Part shown: in pieces, positions 49,348 to 61,854 of the stretch
Layout of the letters: each line of letters begins with the position of its first letter
Numbering within the stretch: the first letter of the stretch is position 1
Assembly: GCF_028641065.1 (NCBI RefSeq)
Contig: NW_026575814.1
Coordinates: 1-64,000 of the forward strand
Origin: Leucoraja erinacea
Taxonomy: Eukaryota
Direction of reading: 5' to 3'
DNA length: 64,000 nt
Notes under the pieces: model-generated
Told to the model about the DNA's origin: nothing
The model's database searches: none
What the model saw: only the letters and a program-made list of their open reading frames with translations
Translations under genes and position numbers: made by a program

Positions 49348-50036
49348 CATGTTTGACTAATCTTCTTGAATTTTTTGAAGAGGTTACTAGAGAAATTGAC
49401 GAGGGTAAAGCAGTGGATGTTGTCTATATGGACTTTAGTAAGGCCTTAGACAAGGTTCCTCGTGGAAGGTTGGTTAAGAAGATTCAACTGTTGGGTATAA
49501 ATGCAGGAATAGCAAGATGGATTCAACAGTGGCTGAATGGGAGAAGCCAGAGGGTAATGGTGGATGGCTGTTTATCGGGTTGGAGGCAGGTGACTAGTGG
49601 GGTGCCTCAGGGATCTGTGTTGGGTCCTTTGTTGTTTGTCATGTACATCAATGATCTGGATGAAGGTGTGGTAAATTGGATTAGTAAGAATGCAGATGAT
49701 ACCAAGATAGGGGGTGTTGTGGATAATGAAGAGGATTTCCAAAGTCTACAGAGTGATTTAGGCCATTTGGAAAAATGGGCTGAAAGATGGCAGATGGAGT
49801 TTAATACTGATAAATGTGAGGTGCTACACCTTGGCAGGACAAATCAAAATAGGACGTACATGGTAAATGGTAGGGAATTGAAGAATACAGTTGAACAGTG
49901 GGATCTGGGTATAACCGTGCATAGTTCCTTCAAGGTGGAATCTCATATAGATAGGGTGGTAAAGAAAGCTTTTGGTGTGCTGGCCTTTATAAATCAGAGC
50001 ATTGAGTATAGAAGTTGGGATGTAATGTTAAAATTG
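49348..50036 (+). mobile_element. CR1 family B RT-core fragment inside a Rex/Babar copy
   Basis: TNLLEFFE...DVVYMDFSKA...GVPQGSVLGPLLF...(N)ADDTK; lacks the 3' end. Confidence 0.88.
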
Positions 50037-51231
50037 AGAGCAGTCCTTGGCGATGCTGAGCGTCCTTCGCAGACATCGCTTGCTTTGGACAGACTCAATT
50101 GAGGGGAGTGAGGAACCGGTGATGCGTTGGGCAGTTTTCACCACCCTCTGCAGTGCTTTACGGTCGGAGACAGAGCAGTTGCCATACCATACTGTGATAC
50201 AGTTGGTAAGGATGCTCTCGATGGTGCAGCGGTGGAAGTTCACCAGAATCTGAGAAGGCAGATGGACCTTCTTCAGTCTCCTCGGGAAGAAGAGACGCTG
50301 ATGAGCCTTCTTGACCAGAGTTGAGGTATTGTGGGTCCAAGAGAGGTCATCGGAGATGTTGACCCCCAGGAACCTGAAGCTGGAAACACGTTCCACTCAT
50401 GCCATGGGCAATGGTGTGCACAGACATGTTAGGAGTTCAGTGTAGTTTAGAGATACAGCGTGAAAACAGGCCCTTCTGCCCAGCAAGTCCGCAACGCCAA
50501 TTGACCCATACACCTGTACTTCTTTGGGGTGTGGGAGGAAACCGAACATCGCGTAGAAAATCCACGCAGGTCACGGGGAGAAAGTAAACCTTCTCTGACC
50601 TCTTCCTCAGTTTTTCTCTTCCTTCCAAGAGCAGGGTGACCAAAACTCCAAATCAGTCATTCGAGGAATGCCAGCATAATGAAGGATGAGTCTCACCCCA
50701 GTCATTCCCTCTTCTCCCCTTTCCCGTTTGGCGAGAGGCACGGAAGTGTGAAAACGCACACCGCCTGAATCAGGGACAGTTTCTTCAAAGGCTGTTTAGA
50801 GAGAATTGAGCCATTCTATCACCAACTAGATAGCAGGCCTGAGTCACCACCTATCTCATTGGAGACCTTCGGACTATCTTTAATTGAACTAAACATTATT
50901 CCCTTTATCTGTACACTATCGCCTTTTTGCTGATTGGATAGCATGCAAGAAAAAGCGTCTTAATATACCTCAGTATTCTTGAGGTGTATAAAATCGCGAG
51001 AGAAATAGATCGGGTATACTAACAGTCTCTTGCTCAGAGCAGGGGAATCGAGAACCAGAGGACATAGGTTTAAGCTAAAGGGGGGAAAGATTCAATAGGA
51101 ATCTGAGGGGTAACTTTTTCATTCATGGGTGTATGGAATGAGCTGTCAGAGGAGGTTGTTGATGTCAGGATGATTGCAACGTTTAAGAAACAATGAGATG
51201 GACCGATGGATAGGTCAGGTTTAGAGTGATA

Positions 51232-51462
51232 TAATAATAATAATAATTTGTTTATAGGGACAGTGCATATTAATTAACATTTGCATGTAAATATGCAAGA
51301 TTGTAGCCAATCAGTAGCTAATTTCCATCTCTAGTCCCAGGCAAAGGTAGGTGGAAGTGTCTTGCCCAAGGACACAACGACAGTACACACTCCAAGCAGG
51401 ATTCGAACCGGCAACCTTCAGGTTGCCAGCCGAACACTTAGCCCATTGCGCCATCTGTCGTC
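51232..51462 (-). mobile_element. tRNA-derived SINE with CORE-like motif and (TTA)n tail
   Basis: Minus strand: A box TGGCGCAATGG, B box GGTTCGAATCC, CCTTGGGCAAG motif and (TTA)n tail. Confidence 0.65.
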
Positions 51463-51671
51463 CTAACGCAGGCAGGTGGGGCTAGTGCAGATGGGAATAT
51501 TGGTCGGTGTGGTCAAGTTGGGCCAAAGGGCCTGTTTCCATGCTGTATGAGTCTATGACTTGACAATAATTATAAATTAAAATAATATGTGGCCTCACCA
51601 ACATTTTGTACAACTGTTGGTAGTGTAACAGGATGTTGGGTTCCATGCTGAATTGGGCAGGTAATGGTGGG

Positions 51672-52333
51672 TCAAGTCAAGTCAAGTCAAGTTTATTTGT
51701 CACATACACATACGAGATGTGCAGTGAAATGAAAGTGGCAATGCTCGCGGACTTTTGTGCAAAAGACAAACAACAAAACAACCAAACAAATTATAAACAC
51801 AATCATAACACACTTATTCTTATTCATAATAAATAATAGAAGGAAAAACGTTCTGTAGAGTTAGTCCCTGGTGAGAAAGGCGTTTACAGTCCGAATTGCC
51901 TCTGGGAAGAAACTCCTTCTCAACCTCTCCGTTCTCACTGCATGGCAACGGAGGCGTTTGCCTGACCGTAGCGGCTGGAACAGTCCGTTGCAGGGGTGGA
52001 AGAGGTCTCTCATGATTTTGTTTGCTCTGGAGTTGCACCTCCTGTTGTATAGTTCCTGCAGGGGGGTGAGTGAAGTTCCCATAGTGCGTTCGGCCGAACG
52101 CACTACTCTCTGCAGAGCCTTCTTGTCCTTGGCAGAGCAATTCCCAAACCAGATGGTAATGTTCCCGGACAAGATGCTTTCCACCGCCGCTGCGTAGAAG
52201 CACTGTAGCATCCTCGGAGACACTCTGAATTTCCTCAATTGCCTGAGGTGGTAAAGGCGCTGCCTTGCCTTACTCACCAGTGCTGAGGCGTGTGATGACC
52301 ATGTCATATCCTCAGAGATGTGGACTCCCAGAT
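51672..52333 (-). mobile_element. Rex/Babar-type LINE 3' end, (GACTT)n-tail family
   Basis: ORF 51861-52307 (KARQRLYHLRQLRKF...ESILSGNITIWFG). Confidence 0.82.
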
Positions 52334-52928
52334 AAATAACATAGAAACATAGAAATTAGGTGCAGGAGTAGGCCATTCGGCCCTTCGAGCCTGCACCGCC
52401 ATTTAATATGATCATGGCTGATCATCCAACTCAGTATCCCGTACCTGCCTTTTCTCCATACCCTCTGATCCCCTTGGCCACAAGGGCCACATCTAACTCC
52501 CTCTTAAATATAGCCAATGAACTGGCCTCAACTACCCTCTGTGGCAGAGAGTTCCAGAGATTCACCACTCTCTGTGTGAAAAAAGTTCTCCTCATCTCGG
52601 TTTTAAAGGATTTCCCCCTTATCCTTAAGCTGTGACCCCTTGTCCTGGACTTCCCCAACATCGGAAACAATCTTCCTGCATCTAGCCTGTCCAACCCCTT
52701 AAGAATTTTGTAAGTTTCTATAAGATCCCCTCTCAATCTCCTAAACTCTAGAGAGTATAAACCAAGTCTATCCAGTCTTTCTTCATAAGACAGTCATGAC
52801 ATCCCAGGAATCAGTCTGGTATCTTCCTGACATCCCAGGAATCATCTTGTAGATGCCACCCCTGGGTTGGTGGATGTAGAGGATACGTGTGAGTTTCGGA
52901 CAGCTATTGACATTCTCTCCATGTCCAG

Positions 52929-53204
52929 GGGTGAACTACCTGCAGTATACGTCGGGCTGCAGCGTCACGGGCAACGGGATAGTGAGTGGCGTGCGCCAGT
53001 ACGCCTTCAACGGCCAGGACCTGATCAGTTTCGACTTTGAGCAGTCCATCTGGGTGACCGCCTCGCCCTTGGCCTTGAGCACGCGGGACAAGTGGAACAG
53101 CGACACAGCCAACAACATCTACAAGAAGCATTACACCCAGACGATCTGCGTGGAATGGTTGCAGAAATACCTCAAGTACGGGCACTCCATGCTGTCTCGC
53201 AAAG
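52929..53204 (+). CDS. MHC class I heavy chain, exon 3 (alpha2 domain)
   Basis: TCCAG| acceptor, 276-nt phase1-1 exon, G|GTAGGT donor. Encodes GVNYLQYTSGC...QYAFNGQDLISFD...STRDKWN...HYTQTICVEWLQKYLKYG with C101/C164, T143, K146, W147, Y159, W167 and Y171. Confidence 0.96.
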
Positions 53205-53270
53205 GTAGGTCAGGCTGTCGCCTCCGCCCACCAATCCTACCCCCCTCTTGTTCCGCCACCTCCTCTATCA

Positions 53271-53358
53271 GTCTGAAGAAGGGTCTCGACCCGAAACGTC
53301 ACCCATTCCTTCTCTCCAGAGATGCAGCCCTGTCCCGCTGAGTTACTCCAGCATTTGT
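53271..53358 (+). ncRNA. Penelope-derived short repeat with minimal type I hammerhead-ribozyme-like core
   Basis: CTGAAGA-A-GGGTC-TC-GACCC-GAAA-CG-TC: core boxes, perfect 5-bp stem II and palindromic ACGT stem III; stem I is weak. Confidence 0.5.
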
Positions 53359-53490
53359 CTTACCTCCTCCATCACCCTTGGTTTGGTCACCAGGATGGGA
53401 AGTCACACCTATTTCTGGTTGACCAAAGGCCACACTTGCTGTGTGCACCTGCATTATCTACCCCCCTTGCCACTTGGTGTGTAGACCCTT

Positions 53491-54101
53491 ATAACCATAT
53501 AACCATATAACAATTACAGCACGGAAACAGGCCATCTCGGCCCTACAAGTCCGTGCCGAACAAATGTTTTTTCCCCTTAGTCCCACCTGCCTGCACTCAT
53601 ACCATAACCCTCCATTCCCTTCTCATCCATATGCCTATCCAATTTATTTTTAAATGATACCAATGAACCTGCCTCCACCACTTCCACTGGAAGCTCATTC
53701 CACACTGCTACCACTCTCTGAGTAAAGAAGTTCCCCCTCATATTACCCCTAAACTTCTGTCCCTTAATTCTGAAGTCATGTCCTCTTGTTTGAATCTTCC
53801 CTATTCTCAAAGGGAAATGCTTGTCCACATCAACTCTGTCTATCCCTCTCATCATTTTAAAGACCTCTATCAGGTCCCCCCTTAACCTTCTGCGCTCCAG
53901 AGAATAAAGACCTAACTTATTCAACCTATCTCTGTAACTTAGTTGTTGAAACTCAGGCAACATTCTAGTAAATCTCCTCTGTACTCTCTCTATTTTGTTG
54001 ACATCCTTCCTATAATTGGGCGACCAAAATTGTACACCGTACTCCAGATTTGGTCTCACCAATGCCTTGTACAATTTTAACATTACATCCCAGCTTCTAT
54101 A
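53491..54101 (-). mobile_element. CR1 family B 3' end
   Basis: ORF 53577-54290. Confidence 0.9.
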
Positions 54102-54525
54102 GCGAGGAAGGGTCCTTATGAGGAAGGGTCCCGACGTTGCTGATCTATTTCCTCCACAGATGCTTCCTGACCTGTTGAGTCGCTCCAACACTTTGGGATT
54201 TGCATCGAACCCCAAACTGCCTTCATGGGTGACTCCACGCCCTCTCGCTGTCTCCCCCATAGTATGGGAACCACTTCCCCACCCCCACACACGCTGGGGT
54301 CTTCCCTAACATTAGTCCACTGAGTTATAATGTGTGTTCAGCCTTCATCAGTCAGGGCATTGGGCTGAAGAGTCAGGAAGTCGTGATGCAGCTTTGTAAA
54401 ACATTGGTTACGCCGCATTAGAGCATGGTGTGCTGTTCTCGTCGCCCCATTACAGGAAAGATGTGGAGGCTTTGCAGAGAGTGCAGAAGGGGTTTACCAG
54501 AATGTTGGCTGGATTAGGGGTATTC

Positions 54526-54748
54526 TGCCCCTGTCCCACTTAGGAAACCTGAACGGAAACCTCTGGAGATTTTGCACCCCACCCAAGGTTTCCGTGCGGT
54601 TCCCGGAGGTTGCAGGTGGTTGCCAGAGGTTGCAGGTAGTGGAAGCAGGTAGGGAGACTGACGAAAACCTCCGGGAACCTCCTGGAACCGCACGGACACC
54701 TTGGGTCTCCAGAGGTTTCCGTTCAGGTTTCCTAAGTGGGACGGGCAA
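54526..54748. mobile_element. MITE, same family, opposite orientation
   Basis: Same TIRs; internal GGTTGCAGGTGGTTGCC is reversed. Confidence 0.78.
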
Positions 54749-57700
54749 TAGCTATAGGGGGAGGTTGGACAAAATTGGATTGTTTTCTCTGGAGCTCTGG
54801 TGGTTGAGAGAAGATGTGATCGAAGAATATAAAGTGATGAGGGACATAGATAGAGTTGCAAATCAGAATCCTTTTTCCAATTTGTAAATGTCAAAGACTG
54901 ATGAAGGGTCCTGACTTTAAAAGTCTCCCATAATAATAATAATAATAATAATAAGCCTTTATTGTCATTGTACTTAGAAATACAGTTAAATTAGACCTAC
55001 TCCTGCTCAGTGCAACCAAAACAAGTCCAAACATGACAAAAACACATCCAATACATTCAATGGACAAGGACTTTAAGGCTTTTGCCTTCCATCACAGTGA
55101 GGTAGACTCATGGTGGTGGATGTTAAACTGTGTTCATTGTGTGTTCTGTTATTTTATTCTCTGTCATGACTGCAAGGCACGTAATTTCGTTCAAACCAAA
55201 GGTTTGAATGACAATAAAGGATACTTTATAGTTGGGATTAATGTTAAAATTGTACAAGGCATTGGTGAGGCCAATTCTTATATAATGTTGCCTGCTTGAA
55301 ATAGTAGAGATACATTACGTCTTTAATTATCACAGGGAATGGAGGGTTATGGTCTGAGCGCAGGTATATGGGACTAGGGGAGATTATGTGTTCGGCACGG
55401 ACTAGAAGGGTCGAGATGGCTGTTTTCCGTGCTGAAATTGTTATAGGTTATATATACTTTATATACCGTTATATAACTAGCCTTGAAATAGATAGATACA
55501 CTAATGATCAAAGAGAACATTGCACTGGGAGAATATTACACTTTAAAATTTAATGAATACTTTAAAATAATTTAAAAAATATATATGTTTTCTGAGTGAT
55601 CTGTTTTATAGTGGAATGGATGACAGCATTAATAGAAACATAGAAAATAGGTGCAGGAGGAGCCCATTCCGCCCTTCGAGCCAGCACTGCCATTCATTGT
55701 GATCATGGCTGATCGTCCCCTATCAATAACCCATGCCTGCCTTCTCCCCATATCACTAGCCCCGAGAGCTCTATCTAACTCTCTCTTAAATCCATCCACT
55801 CTCATGTCGTGTGGATATTTGAGGAATTTAGAGTTCTGATGGCCCAGGGAAAGAAACTGTTCTTGAGTCTGTTGGTCGGGCTTTTAGAAACATAGAAACA
55901 TAGAAAATAAGTGCAGGAGTAGGCCATTTGACCCTTCGAGCCTGCACCGCCATTCAATATGATCATTGCTGATCATCCAACTCAGTATTCCGTACCTGCC
56001 TTCTCTCCATACCCCCTGATCCCCTTAGCCACAAGGGCCACATCTAACTCCCTCTTAAATATAGCCAATGAACTGGCCTCGACTACCTTCTGTGGCAGAG
56101 AATTCCACAGATTCACCACTCTCTGCGTGAAAAATGTTTTTCTCATCTCGGTCCTAAAAGAATTCCCCCTTATCCTTAAACTGTGACCCCTTGTTCTGGA
56201 CTTCCCCAACATCGGGAACAATCTTCCTGCATCTAGCCTGTCCAACCCCTTAAGAATTTTGTTAGTTTCTATAAGATCCCCCCCCCCCTCAATCTTCTAA
56301 ATTCTAGCGAGTACAAGCCGAGTCTATCCAGTCTTTCTTCATATGAAAGTCCTGACATCCCAGGAATCAGTCTGATTAACCTTCTCTGCACTCCCTCTAT
56401 GGCAAGAATAATAGCGTTCATCAGTCAGAATGATGAATATAAAAGATGGGAAGTCGTATAGCAGTTGGAAAAGTTTGATTGGGTCTCATTTGGAGTATTG
56501 TGTGCCATTGTTCCCGATGTTGGGGAAGTCCAGAACAAGGGGTCACAGTTTAAGGATAAGGGGGAAATCTTTTAGGACTGAGATGAGGAAAACATTTTTC
56601 ACACAGAGAGTGGTGAATCTCTGGAATTCTCTGGCACAGAAGGTAGTTGAGGCCACAGTTCATTGACTATATTTAAGAGGGAGTTAGATGTGGCCCTTGT
56701 GGCTAAAGGGATCAGGGGGTATGGAGAGAAGGCAGGTACAGGATACTGAGTTGGATGATCAGCCATGATCATATTGAATGGTGGTGAAGGGCCGAATGGC
56801 CTACTCCTGCACCTATTTTCTATGTATCTCTGTCTATGTCTATTCTAGTCGCTTGTTAAAGAAAGGATGTGGTGAAGAGGTTCACATGTTGTATAAACAT
56901 TCAGTTTAATATTTAAACACTCATATTAGTACAAAAGTGCAAAGTGTGTAAACACATTCACTGCCAAGGGAAGACTAGCGCCATCGTCTGTTGCAACCCA
57001 TCACCTGACCACCCAGATCGGCGTTGATTTGTCGACCCAGATCACGCAAGTTCACGCTTGTGCTTGAGCTCGACGAATCACGGTTCGAGACCAACGTGGC
57101 TCGGCCACAAGATGGCGCCACAGTGGGAGGCCAATTGGGCAGTATGCAGTAGAGATAACCATATAACCATATAACAATTACAGCACAAAATAGGCCAGTC
57201 TCGACCCTTCTAGTCCGTGTTGCCTGGGTTTCAGCAACTAAGTCCCAGAGACCTGCGCTCAGACCATAGGGCTTTATCCATTTGGAGCCCAGAAGGTTAA
57301 GGGGGGACTTGATAGAGGTTTTTAAAATGATGAGAGGGAAAGACAGACCTGACGTCCACCAGCTTTTCCCTGGAAGCTCATTCCACAGATTCAAACAAGG
57401 GGACTGAGTAAAGAAGTTCCCCCTGATGTTACCCCTAAACTTCAGTCCCTTAATTCTCATGTCATGTCCCCTTGTTTGAATCTTCCCTACTCTCAGTGTG
57501 AAAAGCTTTTCCACGTCAACTCTGTCTATCCCTTCATCATTTTAAAAACCTCTATCAAGTCCCCCCTTAACCTTCTGCGCTCCAAAGAATAAAGCCCTAA
57601 CTTGTTCAACCTTTCTCTGTAACTTAGTTGCTGAAACCCAGGCAACATTCTAGTAAATCTCCTCTGTACTCTCTCTGTGACATCCTTCCTATAATTAGGC

Positions 57701-59293
57701 GACCAAAATGGTACACCATACTCCAGAATTGGCCTCACCAATGCCTTGTACGCATTTTAGGCATTACATCCCAACTTCTATACTCAGAAAGATAGACCAG
57801 AAAGATGCCTGGATAGAGGGTGTCAGCAAAAAGGAGATTTGCAAGACAAGTGTTTGGTCCCTAGAGTGTGCTGCCTGGAGAAATGGTGGAGATAAACATG
57901 ATGGCAATGTTTAAAAGACATTTAGACAGGCACAGAAGGAACAGAGGAATGGAGGGATTCAAACCCTGTGCTGGCAGGTGTTATTAGTTAAAATTGGCAT
58001 CATGAACAGCACAGACATGACGGGCCGAAGGGCCTGTTTCTATGCTGTATTGTCCTATATCCTACACCAATCCCATATTTTCATCTTGTTCCTCCAGATT
58101 GCCCCACTCATCTTAACACTTGAGACTATTTGGTCACTTAATTTTAGGATATGGGAAGAAACCCATATCAGAAGGTTAAGGGGGGACTTGATAGAGGTTT
58201 TTAAAATGATGAGAGGGATAGACAGAGTTGACGTGGAAAAGCTTTTCCCACTGAGAGTAGGGAAGATTCAAACAAGGGGACATGATATGAGAATTAAGGG
58301 ACTGAAGTTTAGGGGTAACATGAGGGGGAACTTCTTTACTCAGAGAGTGGTAGCTGTGTGGAATGAGCTTCCAGTGAAGGTGGTGGAGGCAGGTTCGTTT
58401 TTATCATTTAAAAATAAATTGGATAGTTATATGGACGGGAAGGGAATGGAGGGTTATGGTCTGAACACAGGTATATGGGACTAGGGGAGATTATGTGTTC
58501 GGCACGGACTAGAAGGGTCGAGATGGCCTGTTTCCGTGCTGTAATTGTTATATGGTTATATGGTTAAACCGGAGTACCTGGTGGCAAGCCATGGACTCCC
58601 AGGGAGAATTTGCAAACTCCATGCAGGCAGCAATGGGGTCGGGATCGAACCTGGGTGTCAGGAGCTCTCAACCTGTTGCGCTGTTGACCTCCACATATTG
58701 TGCACTCGAGACCCCCTCCATGATTATCCTCCACAGTTATTATTAGAGATACAGCGTGGAAACGGACCACTTCGGTCAACTGAGTCCGTGCCGCCCGCCG
58801 ATCCCTGTACACTAATACTATCCCATGCACAAGGACAATTTACTATTTTACCAAGCCAATTAACCTGCAAACCTGTACATCTTTGGAGTGCGGGAAGAAA
58901 CTGTAGCTCTTGGGGGCGGAAACCCATGCAGGTTACGGGGAGAACGTACAAACTCCATACATACAGCGCCTGTAGTCGGGGTCAAACCCGGGTCTGTGGC
59001 GCTGTAAGGCAGTAAACGGTGCTAGAGGAACTCGGTGGAACAGGCAGTATAATGGCAGTTTTTACAACATTCTCAAAGTCCAACTTCGATAGCCGTTAAT
59101 TATCGGAGGTATAGCCTAACGCACTCACGACACACATAAAACAGCAAAGATTAATCTCCCAGACGTCGTTTCTTGATTAATTGCTATTTATTGAAGTAAT
59201 ACCAAACAAAGAAATAACTCATAACTTTCTGTTCTTTATCACTGTTCCATTCACATCATCTAAATCACATAAAAGCTTCTTATAAAGGTATGT

Positions 59294-59903
59294 CATAGAA
59301 ACATAGAAACATAGTAACATAGAAATTAGGTGCAGGAGTAGGCCATTCGGCCCTTCGAGCCTGCACCGCCATTCAATATGATCATGGCTGATCATCCAAC
59401 TCAGTATCCCGTACCAGCCTTCTCTCCATACCCCCTGATCCCCTTAGCCACAAGGGCCACATCTAACTCCCTCTTAAATATATCCAATGAACTGTGGCCT
59501 CAACTACCCTCTGTGGCAGAGAGTTCCAAAGATTCACCACTCTCTGTGTGAAAAAAGTTCTTCTCATCTCGGTTTTAAAGGATTTCCCCCTTATCCTTAA
59601 GCTGTGACCCCTTGTCCTGGACTTCCCCAACATCGGGAACAATCTTCCTGCATCTAGCCTGTCCATCCCCTTAAGAATTTTGTAAGTTTCTATAAGATCC
59701 CCTCTCAATCTTCTAAATTCTAGAGAGTATAAACCAAGTCTATCCAGTCTTTCTTCATAAGACAGTCCTGACATCCCAGGAATCCGTCTGGTGAACCTTC
59801 TCTGCACTCCCTCTATGGCAATAATGTCCTTCCTCAGATTTGGAGACCAAAACTGTACGCAATACTCCAGGTGTGGTCTCACCAAGACCCTGTACAACTG
59901 CAG
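59294..59903 (-). mobile_element. CR1 LINE family A 3' end
   Basis: ORF 59463-59897 with tail. Confidence 0.9.
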
Positions 59904-60227
59904 TCTCGTAACGTGTGTGTGATCGTGGGAGAAAACTGGTTCCCCTCATTCTCCGACACCAAACTGAAACTTCTAATCTGAGAGTCTGCGCCAGACGCCT
60001 CTAACAAAAGAACACACCCCGACTATGTATCAAATCCCACCGACAAAAGTACAGGCAGATTCAAAACTAAAACTGAAAATATATAGACATGATGATAATA
60101 CTAACAAACTTAATTGCTCCGACAGGCAGCATCGGTGGTGGGAATGGGCAGATGGAGTTGTGGTTCAGAGAGTGTTCCTGCCCATTGTCCTCCACGGATG
60201 CTGCCTGACCCTCTGGGTTTGTCCAGC

Positions 60228-60510
60228 CCGGTGGCGCAGTGGTGGAGTTGATGCCTTACGGCACCAGAGACCCAGGTTTGATCCTGACTATGGGCGCTGA
60301 ATGTACGGAGTTTGTACCGTCTCTCTGTGACTGCGTAGGTTTCCACCAGGTGCTCAAGTGTCCTCCCACACTACAAAGACGTACAGGTTAATTGGCTCGG
60401 TAAAAATCGTAACTTGTCCCTAGTGTGTGTGTAGCATAGTGCTAGTGCTGATCGCTGGTTGATGCAGACTCAGTTGGCCAAAAGGCCTGTTTCCGCACTG
60501 TATCTCTAAA
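60228..60510 (+). mobile_element. HE1/V-SINE-like tRNA-derived SINE
   Basis: A box GGTGGCGCAGTGG, B-box-like GGTTTGATCC, central GGAGTTTGTAC..TCTC..GTG and CR1-like 3' end. Other copies at about 17305-17515 (-), 26736-26915 (+), 36975-37278 (+), 44257-44980 (+, split by CR1), 50435-50590 (-) and 58742-59015 (-). Confidence 0.7.
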
Positions 60511-60578
60511 GTCTAATGAGCCTCTCCAATATTAACTCAAGATTCCAGTGCCTATGGCTCCCTGTATCTCCATGTCTA

Positions 60579-61200
60579 AGTATAGGAGCAGAGAGGTTCT
60601 ACTGCAGTTGTACAGGGTCTTGGTGAGACCACACCTGGAGTATTGCGTACAGTTTTGGTCTCCAAATCTGAGGAAGGACATTATTGCCATAGAGGGAGTG
60701 CAGAGACGGTTCACCAGACTGATTCCTGGGATGTCAGGACTGTCTTATGAAGAAAGACTGGATAGACTTGGTTTATACTCTCTAGAATTTAGAAGATTGA
60801 GAGGGGATCTTATAGAAACTTACAAAATTCTTAAGGGGTTGGACAGGCTAGATGCAGGAAGATTGTTCCCGATGTTGGGGAAGTCCAGGACAAGGGGTCA
60901 CAGCTTAAGGATAAAGGGGAAATCCTTTAAAACCGAGATGAGAAGAACTTTTTTCACGCAGAGAGTGGTGAATCTCTGGAACTCTCTGCCACAGAGGGTA
61001 GTTGAGGCCAGTTCATTGGCTATATTTAAGAGGGAGTTAGATGTGGCCCTTATGGCTAAGGGGATCAGGGGGTATGGAGAGAAGGCAGGTACGGGATACT
61101 GAGTTGGATGATCAGCCATGATCATATTGAATGGCGGTGCAGGCTCGAAGGGCCGAATGGCCTACTCCTGCACCTAATTTCTATGTTTCTATGTTTCTAT
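60579..61200 (+). mobile_element. CR1 LINE family A 3' end flanked by a 77-bp direct duplication
   Basis: ORF 60548-61102; duplicated flanks 60501-60577 and 61198-61274. Confidence 0.9.
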
Positions 61201-61294
61201 CTCTAAAGTCTAATGAGAATTTCCAATATTAACTCAAGATTCCAGTGCCTATGGCTCCCTGTATCTCCATGTCTCTCTTGCTCTTTTCTCTCAG

Positions 61295-61570
61295 CTGTTC
61301 CAGATGTGTGGGTCTACTCCAGGAGGTCTCCCGATGGTCAGAAACGGGTTCTCCACTGCCTGGCCACTGGCTTTTTCCCGCAGACCATCAACATGAGTTG
61401 GTTCAGGGATGGGCGGCCTGTCCCCGCCAACGAAAACTCTGGCGTTCTACCCAACCACGACGGCACCTATCAGATGAGGGTAACTCTGCTGACGGAGCCT
61501 GCAGAGAGACGGGAGCACATCTGCCGCGTGTGGCACAGCAGCAGGCCCGAAGGAATGGTCGTTGTCTGGG
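61295..61570 (+). CDS. MHC class I heavy chain, exon 4 (alpha3 C1-set Ig domain)
   Basis: Polypyrimidine tract with TCAG| acceptor, 276-nt phase1-1 exon, G|GTAAGT donor. Encodes LHCLATGFFPQTINMSWFRDG...GVLPNHDGTYQ...HICRVWHSS...VW, typical of class I alpha3. Confidence 0.95.
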
Positions 61571-61854
61571 GTAAGTGATTGGAGATCAGCGCATGTTCCC
61601 TTAACCATGAAGAACGACTTGTACAACCGTAGCTATGCATCCCAACTTCCATACTCAATGAAAGACGCAAAGTGCTAAAGCAACTCAGCTGCTCAGGCAG
61701 CATCTCCGGAGATCATGGATAGGTCACATTTTGGGTCGGGACCCATTTCCACACTGAAGAAGCCCGACCCACAACGTCACACATCCTTTTTCTCCCGAGT
61801 TAGTCCAGCACGTTGTGTCTATTTTTGATATAACCCAGCTCTTTGTTTTTTTCA

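Noticed and set aside
51400-51462. tRNA-like A and B boxes
   Set aside because: Head of a SINE with body and (TTA)n tail, not a tRNA gene.
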